Program-made: the position numbers and the translations under genes
The notes under the pieces: generated by a model
The model's input: only the letters and a program-made list of their open reading frames with translations
Database searches by the model: none
Told to the model about the DNA's origin: nothing
Shown: one piece after another, positions 53,635 to 64,000 of the stretch
Layout: every line of letters starts with the position of its first letter
How positions within the stretch are numbered: the first letter of the stretch is position 1
Assembly: GCF_006345805.1 (NCBI RefSeq)
Contig: NC_043012.1
Span: 5,580,001 to 5,644,000 of the forward strand
Source of the DNA: Octopus sinensis
Lineage: Eukaryota
Direction of reading: 5' to 3'
Length of the DNA: 64,000 bases

Positions 53635-54077
53635 CAGCGCCGGATTAACCATTAAGCAAAATAATCACGTGCTTAGGGCATCAAGGGAAGCAGGGGGCAC
53701 CACAGAAATGGAAAATGGTTTACTGCACAAAAGAAATCCCTTTAAACTTGCTAAAATAATATTCGGGATGCCTTTATCTCTACTAAGTATAGATGCAGAT
53801 GTGTTACCTAAGATTAATTTTGAGGATCTGATCAAAGATTTTGCAATTCAAAAAAGTAGGAGGAAACTTTTTCAAATATAAATAAAGTGGAAGGAGACAA
53901 AAATAAACATTATTTTCCATCTTACTGTTTTGTTGCGTTTTGAAAAATATTTATTTGAAAAAAATTATTTTATGGTTTGTTATTGTTTATATTTTGAATT
54001 ACATAATCTTGGTGGGGGGTAGGGGCACAAAAATCATTTAAGTGCTTAGGACCGCGATGGGTCTTAATCCGGCCCCA
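53635..54077. mobile_element. hAT MITE (443 bp) with 8-bp TSD GCTACAGG
   Basis: gctacagg|cagcgccggattaa ... ttaatccggcccca|gctacagg. Confidence 0.85.
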
Positions 54078-56466
54078 GCTACAGGTACTAGTTCTCAACA
54101 AGGAATTACAGAATAACATTCGAATGAATAGTCCTTGTTTTCTCTTCGTCCTCACACCTCGAACTCGGGCAGATTCTTAGTCAACCCTATTTGTGATGCT
54201 CAGGTGCTGGCTAAAATCGTGGGGTTGTCCAAGGAAAAGGTTAGGTATAATTTGGAAATTAAAGTAAATTGTAATTTTTTTTTTATGTAGGAGAGAATGT
54301 GATGTGGTCTTAATAATTTTCAGAGAGATTTGGCTGCCACATTTAATCACAGAAGATGTGTAGCTATTGTAAGTTAGAGTAAAGTGGAAATTGAAAAAAA
54401 AAGAAAGCAAGTTTATTGGCTGTTAAACGAAAACCGAATCAGGCACGAAACTGTACAAGCACCTAAGTTCTTAAGCATTTCAAATTTGCTGTTGTGGTGT
54501 TTAGAATATTCTCCACGCCTGCTTCATACTTTTTTCTTTAAATGACAACCCAATCTCTGCTAGATTTCACCCTACTGTCTTTTAAAAAAAAGTAGGAATG
54601 ATGCACTTGGTAAGATAGTCCACGATGTGTCTTTAACCATAGGTTAGCTTAATGCGGGCTGACCTAGAGCTAAATATCAGAAATAACGGTTTGTTAATAA
54701 TGAGTTTCTTTCGCTAAGAGAAGAGTTTAATTTACTGATTCGTTTCTGGTATATGACTCATACATAAACGGTGTATCGACTCCGAAAAGCAGAAAAGATG
54801 AAGGTGAACTTGGTAGGATATAAATTTGCTATGCACAAGGACAGAATTACATATCGTAGGACGTTCAGTCCGAGGTTCACTCGTATCTCTCTCATCATCA
54901 TCCTTTAAAAAATATTACAGCAGTTAACATTGTCATGCGCATAAATCTGCTACAGATACTGGTACTCAACAAAGAATTACAAGATTGTGTACAACATTCA
55001 AAAGAATTTTTTAAAATTTCGTCTTCCTCGAAATATTGCACCTAGAATTCAAGCAAATTCTTTATCTATCCTATTTGTGGTGCTCGGGTGCTGGCCAAAA
55101 TCTGGAATTTTCCCTGTAAATGATCAGTTTCGTTATGTAATTAGCATGTGAAGAGTCTCACGCTCCACTGATCTAATTATGTGAGTTGAGTAATAGAACA
55201 AATTAGAAACTTGTTTAAACCTACAAATTAGTTGGGATTTTCTCTTCACTTTCTATTTTCTCACGTTTGGCAATTGATTTATTTTGAAGATCAACTACTT
55301 ACGTATGGCCCTAGAGCCAATAAGGAATTTTATGACACCAGTTCAACTAAGAACACTGACTAATTAGCGCATCATTGCTCCAATTACTTCTTCAGTCTCT
55401 ATCCGTTAGTAACTGTATGCCAATGAATCAATTGAGTTCTAGCATTTCATTTCATCTTCAAGTCGTCTCCCACTTCTCAACGTTGAGAGTTTGGTGACAC
55501 CTCGAAAAGTATAAGAGAAGATTCCACCTTATTACAATTTCGCTTTTCGCCAAACAATTTCGGTTTTCATACATTCTCTTTAAAAAAAAAGATAAAGAAA
55601 AAGGGTTATCTTTACATGTATCGGCACTAGCTCACACAAGAAGGATTCTTCGTCCGAAGCTACGATGAGCGTTCATTTGTTCGATCAGTTTGAATTCCTA
55701 ATTCAGAAAAAATAACGTATCACAAGTCAAGTGTTCCACAGACACGTGTGTCCATAACGTACTCACCAGGCTGAATCAATGTGGTGTAATGTGATAAAGC
55801 TAGGCCTTTGAATTACGGATACGATCTAAAGAGAAAGGAGGAATCAAAAGACCCCTAACCAATACTGGATTGGGGGATTTTTTGCTTTGTCTTTTTGTCA
55901 ACCTGGAAAGGATGGAATACAAAATCGACCTCAGGGAGATTTGAACGCAAAGCCGATACGAATAACGCTTTGCGGTCCTACCAGTTAGCCATCTTAACTA
56001 CACGCAAGCAATGAGTCAATGAAGTGCCTCCACGTCAGGTACTCGGGCTATATGCTGTCTTTTATGACACTTATGGTTAGCATACAGTTTACTGTCATAA
56101 AACAGTGAAAATAAATTGTCCTAAAGAATGGAAAGTAATGGCAGCGATAGAAAGAAAATAAATAACTCTACTCTCGATCGTACACGCGAAGCACTTTGGT
56201 CCGTTATAACCCATCAGATAGTGTCAGAAACACGTTTGATGCTCAATGGATAGGGTTCGTATGTGGGTCTCGACAACTTCTGTACTCATAAAGTTGTCAA
56301 CCATTCCCTTATCCATACACAGATTATAGAAGGACGATGGGTGCTCGCGGAGAATAAAGGCGATACAGATTTTTTGTTTTTTAGGACAACTCACTTTCAC
56401 TTTTTCACGATGGTAACGTGTTTACCCGAAAAACTACCTTGGATGTTTTAAGTAGTGCGGGCCACC

Positions 56467-57236
56467 GGATCTTTTCCTTTTGAACGGCACATGTCAACAC
56501 AATTTCTAGTTAACTAAACACTTTAAAACTTCGTATACTGGTAGAATGTGTCAAAATAAAACATTTTTTTTCTCTTGGCTTTCTTGAGAAAATTGTAATT
56601 TGTTTGTTTAACGTAGTTTAATTTTTGGAATTTTAACCAATCCTATGCCCTCTATTGAGCTAAAATCATTTGCTGTGTCTAAAACTGAGACAACATCCTG
56701 TCACTAACCCTAACCCTAAATTTTTTTTTTCTTAATTGTTACGCGTGTGTCTAAAATTATTCGTTTTGTTTTTGTTTTGAGTTTTTGCTTTCGTTTTAGC
56801 CTTTCGTTATGTATACGTACGGAAAGCGTGTGTATAAAATTATAGAATTATTTTGTTTGTTAATTGTTAAAATTATTTTCCATTGCTTTCGTTTTTTTTT
56901 TCTTGTTATCCTTAAATTAATTTAACAATTAAGAAAAAAAAAACGAAAGGCTAAAATTTAGGTTTAGGGTTAGGGTGAGGGTGAGGGTTAGAGTTAGGGT
57001 TAGTGATAGGATGTCTCAGTTTTAGACGCAGTAAATGATTTTAGCTCAATTAGAGGCAATTGATTGGTTAAAATTCGAAAAATTAAACTACGTTAAACAA
57101 ACGAATTACAATTTTATCAAGAAAGCCAAGAGAAAAAAATGTTTTATTTTGACACATTCTACCAGTATACGAAGTTTTAAAGTGTTTAGTTAACTAGAAA
57201 TTGTGTTGACATGTGCCGTTCAAAAGGAAAAGATCC
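56467..57236. mobile_element. Foldback MULE/Mutator-like (or Merlin-like) MITE, 770 bp, ~250-bp TIRs, 9-bp TSD CGGGCCACC, inward-facing telomeric repeats
   Basis: TSD at 56458-56466 and 57237-57245; ends GGATCTTTTCC...GGAAAAGATCC; (CCCTAA)n at ~56705-56720, (TTAGGG)-type at 56958-57003. Confidence 0.9.
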
Positions 57237-58646
57237 CGGGCCACCTTATGATGGGCCATGTTTTATGTGGTCTGCTTCTCGAAAAAGGTTACTCGTGCCT
57301 GGTGTACACTGTACTATGCGCGATAGGGATGGAGATCAAAATAACTAAGGGAAGGGTTCCACCTACAAAATACAAATACACTAGGGCTTCACATTTGTAA
57401 TGTAGTGAGACTGAAAAGAAAACAAAACTCTAAATATTGCTTCCTAACCACATGGTTCGGTTCGGTCCCATTATGTGACACCTTGGACATCTTCTACAAT
57501 AACCCTGGACTGACCAAAAACTTGTTAGTGAATTGGTAGACGGAAACTGAAAGAAGCCCACGTGCGTGTGTATGTGTTTGACCCACTACCACCACCACCT
57601 AGCGTTTTGGCCAAAGTGACCGATGAAATAAGTACCGGGCTTAAAAACAAAATAAGTCCTGGAGTCGATTTCGTTGACTAATACCTTACAAGGCGATGCC
57701 CCAGCATGGCCGCAGTCAAATGACAAACAGATGAAAGACGAAAGATGAAATTCTCCAAGTATTCAGTATACACTATCTCCCTCTAGCGATATTTAAAACT
57801 TTAGAAGACAAACAAGGGAAGTAACTAGATTGAAATTTTGAGGCTATAGACAACGTAGAATGGTGCATATAAGGCATGAGCCATCTTTTTGGAGAAGCGG
57901 GCTGCATGAGCCAAGGCTCATCATTTAGCGGGCCACACTAGTAAAACAACTCAAAGTCCTTCAGGTTGCTAGTTGCCCATGACTGGAGTAGACTGGTATT
58001 TATTGTCTGCTGGCGAATACACACAGTAGACATGTTAGTCTTCAGACAAAGCTACAGTTGTGTGTGTCCTCAGTCCCAGCCGACTTGATTTCCTCATAAG
58101 TTTTTGAAAAATGTATATTTTAAAATAAAATTTACAACAAATACTCTTCAGATGGTATAGATTACAACAATATCGGAATTGGATGTGAAAAAACCCCCCA
58201 AGGAAATGTGGATATTTCAAACACCTTATCAAAATGTATGAGGAGACAAAATTGACATGTGTGAATTATCCGTCTACATTCCACTCCTAATCATTTTCCC
58301 CATCAAATTCCGACATAACTGTTAATCGATATGATCTGAAGCACATTTGTGGAAAATGTTATTAAAATATATCCAGTTTTCAGAAATGAAACAGATGGAA
58401 GTGTGTGATTTATCCGAAACTCCTGAACACCTTTCCGGAAACGTTTTTCACAACAAATTCTTATAACTCTAAAATATATCTCTGGAAAATTTCGTTAAAA
58501 TGTATGTATTTTCCACGGTAAGAAGTTTGCTTCACAACCAGATAGCTCCGGGTCACTTTGAACAGGTGTTCTCTACATCAGCCACGGATCGATCAAAGCC
58601 TTGTGAGTGGATCTGATGGACGGAAACTGAAAGAAACCCGTCGAAC

Positions 58647-58684
<38 letters not shown>

Positions 58685-60339
58685 ATTCCGTTAGACGCCT
58701 GTGAACCTACATGAAGCCAAATCAAGCTTTTAAATAATGTGTGTGCGTGTGTGGTGTGTGTTCGTACGTATGTGGGTGGGTGGGTGGGTGTGTTTACGCT
58801 TGCGTAACTGAGTGGTTCGTCAAAAGTAACCGATAGAATAAGTACTAGTCTTTAAAACCTAAGGTACTAAGGTCGATTCCTTGGGCTTAAAAATTCTTCA
58901 ACAAAGCCGCATCTAATGACTGAAACGAGTAAAAGATAATGTTATGAAGAAGCAAAGTCGGTGGTTCGGGGCACACAGAAATAGAAGGAAATGTGGCGAC
59001 GTTGATTAAATTAGCTAAAGGAACTTCATACGATGTTTGTTAAATATTCCTATCTTAGTGAAGGTCCGGTTTAAGACGAGTTTCACTTGATAAGGACCGC
59101 TGATTGAAAAAGGTCGTTTGTGCCTTCTCTATATAGTCTCTTAATTGGCCAGAAATAACAAATTTCCTTCGAAATTTTTGTCCCCCCACAATCTTAAATA
59201 GTTATACATTTGACGGCGTACTCTCGGCTGGAATGCCTTCGGTCCTAGATTTGTACCCCAACTTCCCACTATTTTAAAAATATTTAAATCATCCTAATTC
59301 ATATATACCCTATTTTTTTCAGTGGTTTAAAATTTTAAAATAGAGTAAGTGCTTTGGCCTTTATTATTTATTATCTTGCAATTGTGGTTATTTTTTTTTT
59401 TTCTTGACCGTGTTATTGTTTTGTCCAAGGCTATTTCGCTAGTTCTGATCAAGCAAGCACCTACGATCATAAGACATCCAAGCCAGACAATCCCTACATC
59501 TAGGATCTAGAAGCCCTACATCCAATATCCTTTTTCTTAAGTTAGTAAGATATAGGTCAAGGTTCGGCTGGTATTTCTAAGGTCCTGCGGTCAAGTACAG
59601 AATCAGTCATGGGCAGAGTGAGGCCAAGCAGGATTTTCTGAACGACATACCAATGAAAAATTACCATGAATTATTCTTAAGTAAAGCGGCCGCCTGCTGA
59701 ATCATGGTTCATACAGCTCCCTTCCTGAAAATAGTTGTCTATTCCTGGAGCTTTTGTTGGTGGATGTGAAGACTTAAATTGTGAAAAACGAAACAAAGTG
59801 CTAACACCAAACAACTTGAAGATTCTTGACGGCGACATTTTCAATTATTTCAGAACATTATTATCTTATACAATACTTTTCAGACTATCCGTCTCGTGTA
59901 CTATTGTATTTTCTATCTACACAATTATCCTCATAGAGTTGGGGTCAACTCTGAAGTTATGTAGTGAAAGACATCTTGCCTAAGATTAGAGCAAGGGAAT
60001 TCCTCCCGGAACTACGTTATCGAGAAGCAAACTTCGTAATCATTTGGCCCAAGACTGTATCCCTATCATTAGTAATAGTTCACCAAATTTGTCTTTAATG
60101 ATGTGTTTGGCGATTTCTGGTGTTGAGAAATTATGAAGTGTGATATTAGAGAATATAATCTTAGATGTATTATGTTTGGAAGAAAAGAAGAAAAAAAAAA
60201 AAACGAATGGTTGTTGCTGGAACCATTCTGTGCCTTTGATTGAAGATCTGCTGGATTAGGGTTGATCCGAGATTAAACAACGACGAGTTTTATACAACGA
60301 AAGATATGCGTCTGGAAACGGATTAGCTGAATAATGATA

Positions 60340-60340
60340 C

Positions 60341-60395
<55 letters not shown>

Positions 60396-60482
60396 GTGAT
60401 GGTGATGATGATGGTGATGGTGGTGGTGGTGTTGATGGTGATGATGATGTGGTGGTGGTGGTGGTGGTGGTGATGATGGTGG
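60340..60482. repeat. (GAT)n/(GGT)n compound microsatellite
   Basis: Directly visible. Confidence 0.95.
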
Positions 60483-60490
60483 AGGGATCT

Positions 60491-60733
60491 TGTTAAATTT
60501 CTTCCAAGCACTTGGAATATTTCAATTTTTCACCAGATCTTTTTTTTTTTCATTAGTTTTACTGCTGATGACGAATCGCGTCTATTATTTTTTAAAACAA
60601 GAAGTTACATCTTCATTATCATTAAGATTACGAGAGAGTAGAGAATTTGAAAAGAAAAAAAAGTAAATAAACGAAGGGAAAAAAAACCTGGTGAAAATTT
60701 GAAAGATTTGAAGTCGTCAGAAGAAATTTAACA
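60491..60733. repeat. 46-bp imperfect inverted repeat (38/46), 151-nt spacer
   Basis: 60491-60536 versus reverse complement of 60688-60733, no indels. Confidence 0.8.
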
Positions 60734-61050
60734 TGATGGCAACGATGGTAGAGTCAATGATGATAATGATAATGAAGATGATGAAGAAGAAGATGATGAT
60801 GACGACGGCGATGATGTTGGGGGTGGGGTGGGGGTGGAAGCATCATCGTGAAAGAAACTCACAAAGAAGCCGAAATAGTGTTTAGTCAACAACGGAGTAA
60901 GGGAGATAACCGAGTGTGTCAACGAAAACAAATGCGAGCTTTTGCCTTCTATAGAAACCGTTATTAGAACCATCTGCGCATTATGGGCCGACAGAATCGA
61001 TATTGGAGCCGCCGTCAAGAATATTTTGGGTCTTTAGTTTCTCTGAAATA

Positions 61051-61286
61051 TGTATGAATAGGGGTTCGTGTGTTGTTTTTATCGAATGGAGCTATGATCA
61101 AAGGTGTTCTAGCTTTGGACATTCCATTTTTCTTTCGGGTACATTAGGGCCCACATCAGCCCCTTTAGGTGGGGGATGGTAATTTGAGAGAGATTGGGTT
61201 AGTGCGCGCGAGGTTGTGTTTGAAAATGGAATGGCCAAAGCTAGAACACCTTCGATAAAAACAACACACGAACTCCTATTCATACA
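61051..61286. mobile_element. MITE-like foldback, ~65-bp near-perfect TIRs (15-nt insertion in left arm)
   Basis: tgtatgaatagg-gttcgtgtgttgtttttatcga...aggtgttctagctttgg-cattccatttt mirrored at 61223-61286. Confidence 0.7.
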
Positions 61287-62049
61287 AATGACTGAAACAA
61301 GTAAAAGAGTAACAGATTATTAGTATTGTTATGCCTGAGTGAAGACTGTATCTGTGTATGTCATCATCATCATCATAATTATCATCAGCATCATCGTCAT
61401 TTTACATCCACAATGACATGGTTTGGACGTCATCATGGTCTGAGTTACCTCCCATGAAGAGCTACAATTTCTAATGCGTAGGTGCTCGTATGTGTCATCT
61501 GGCTTGGTTTCTATAGCTTGATGCCCTTTCTAACACCAACCACGTTACTGAATGTTCTGGGTGTATTTTCTTGTGGCACCAACACTAGAGAGGCTGAATG
61601 GCCCTTGGACCTCATAAGTCTATGCATTCTCTGCCAATTTAACAAACCACATCACCATGTTAAATGGTTCTGAAAGGTCTTGTACACAGTAAATGTAAAT
61701 TTGGAAAAGGGACAGTGATTACAGAAAGGCTAGAAATGGTTATTACGGAATTGGGGGTCAAGGAAGCGAATGTAGGTATACAGAGAGTACTTAATAAATA
61801 TATGGGTCCGACCGATCGTGGCCGTTGCCAGCCTCGTCTGGCACCTGTGCCAGTGGCACGTAAAAAGCACCCACTACACTCACGGAGTGGTTGGCGTTAG
61901 GAATGGCATCCAGCTGTAGAAATACTGCCAGATCAGACTGGAGCCTGGTGCAGCCACCTGGCTTCCCAGAACATAGTCGAACTGTCCAACCCATGCTAGC
62001 ACGGAAAATGGACGTTAAACGATGATGATGATGTTGCCATGAATGAATG

Positions 62050-62335
62050 GGTCTTCTGCAGCACTGCATATCATCAATCAGTACAGTTCTTAGTCATTTC
62101 CTCTGAGAGATGCAGAATCTTGAAGCCATCTCATTCCACCTTTGCCCCCCCCACTTCTTCTTTCATAGGTTCCTCTAGCTTGGAGTTCTTGGCACATTTT
62201 TGTGCAGCACTCTCTCTTGATGCACATCTTTTGCTCATATCAGTACAGCCTTCTCTTGTGTGCACAACACCTGATGTCTCTTATAACCAGTTCTCCTCTC
62301 GGTTAATTTGGACTCTAGCATTCATGCACATGAAC
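62050..62335 (-). mobile_element. Old degraded RTE LINE C-terminal fragment
   Basis: ctctcagaggaaatgactaag...gtgctgcagaagaccca aligns to LINE 944-1007. Confidence 0.65.
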
Positions 62336-63575
62336 AACATGTGTGTGTGTGTGTAATTAAAGCAACAGAAGCAATATTAATACTAAAAGGTGAAGTTTAT
62401 CACCACTTAAAAGTGAATGTTGTGTTAGAACCCACAATACTGCATTATATACCATGAGAGAACCTCTCATATGGTTTTGTGGTGCATATGAGCACTCTTG
62501 TTTACACTGCTAAGGGGAGACAATCACTGCCATCCCCACTGCCAGGACTACCAGATCTTGTAGTTTTGGCCTTCCTTGGCCTTGTCAATAGTAGATATCT
62601 GACTGCTGGAAATAGCAGTAACCGTCCTGCTAGCAATAGACATAGAATCACAGAACCCAATCAGGCATTGGTGCCACTAAGTGGTGATCAGTTTTACCTT
62701 TTGCTATTAAAACTGCTTATGCCATTTTAATTAATTAGTTGTTGATAAACCCACTGACTTTTAGTGATGTCAGTAAGTGATTGGGATCTGTCTTTCCATG
62801 TATATCACAAGCAGGATCATTAATGCTATTTCTAGTTACGGTGCCATCCCCACTGGCTATGTTGGCCAACATCCACTTTGAATAGAAGACCAGTTCATCG
62901 CAGAGTTACTCATTTACAACCGTGTCGAGTGGAGCAACATAAAATGGAGATTTTGGCATTGCTGGTCTGGGAATCGAAACCACAATCTTGTTATCATGAG
63001 GACAACATCTTAACCACTAGGCCATGTGCCTACACACATGCACGTATATGTGTGCATGTATATCTATACTTATGAAATGCAGCGAGCTGGCAGAAACGTT
63101 AGCACGCCGGGCGAAATGCGTAGCCGTATTTCGTCTGCCGTTACGTTCTGGGTTCAAATTTCGCCGAGGTCGACTTTGCCTTTCATCCTTTCGGGGTCGA
63201 TAAATTAAGTACCAGTTACGCACTGGGGTCGATATAATCGACTTAATCCGTTTGTCTGTCCTTGTTTGTTCCCTCTGTGTTTAGCCCCTTGTGGGTAGTA
63301 AAGAAATATATATATCTATACTTATGAGTGTGTTTCTATATATATATGTATGTATTTGTGTGGGTGTGTATATATATTAATGTTGGTGTGCCCCCCTCCC
63401 ACATACACACCGACTAGCTCCTGTGCTGGTGACACAAAAAATGAACCATCTGAATGTGGTCGATGCCAGTGCTACCCGCCAGGCCCCTGTGCCGGTGGCA
63501 CGTAAAAAGCACCTACGACGATGATAATGATATATATATATATATATATGTATATCATATACCACCTACACTTAT

Positions 63576-63615
<40 letters not shown>

Positions 63616-64000
63616 ATATATGAGTGTGTGTGTCACATAACAATACTTTGTATACGCAAGAGTGGGTGTACATGTGTGTGTGTGCGTGTCAGTCACCTGA
63701 AATATCTATCCAAACGATCTTTTGTTAAGACAGGATGCCAAAAGGAGTGAAACTGCTTCTCTGACAACTTGACAAAATCTACTTCAACAGAATCCTGTAT
63801 AGGAGGAAAGTGAAGAATGGGAGAGAGTGTGAGAGAAAAATAGGTGTTGTTCCAGACATTTCCTCAGAAAATTGTTAGTTGTGTCTACATATTCAAGTGC
63901 AGACACTCGGGCAGATAAACACGTATCCTCATGCGCACACACACAGAGGTTTATATAGAAATATATATACACATGGACGGAATGATAGACACACACACAC

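Overview
AT-rich (TA/CA/GAT microsatellite-dense) animal genomic DNA. The repeat repertoire suggests a coleoid cephalopod, probably Octopus (inference from recalled repeat families, not a database match). The only supportable host protein-coding gene is the 5' part of CHD1 (CHD1/2 family chromodomain helicase) on the minus strand. Seven phase-consistent coding exons (22375-22556, 19484-20210, 16261-16344, 14568-14632, 13338-13493, 5255-5401, 4057-4199; 501 codons) encode a greatly expanded Ser/Asp/Glu-rich N-terminus up to the start of chromodomain 1; the gene continues past the left edge. Upstream of it, blocks at about 33.6-39.2 kb and 41.3-44.5 kb are largely repeat-free and (apart from ~38.2-39.2 kb) retain CpG. 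They hold several candidate minus-strand promoters and a set of AG/GT-bounded exons closed in all frames. Together these look like a tandem upstream lncRNA with the architecture of vertebrate CHASERR-CHD2, the best candidate for an undescribed system here. The rest is transposon-derived: RTE LINE copies with a PHD finger, RTE-tail short elements, tRNA-type SINEs, CR1, mariner/hAT/MULE/Kolobok-like MITEs, Helitrons/Helentron, Penelope-type hammerhead-like repeats, and many inverted repeats able to form dsRNA. All exon and promoter models are read by eye from splice and motif signals and need RNA evidence.
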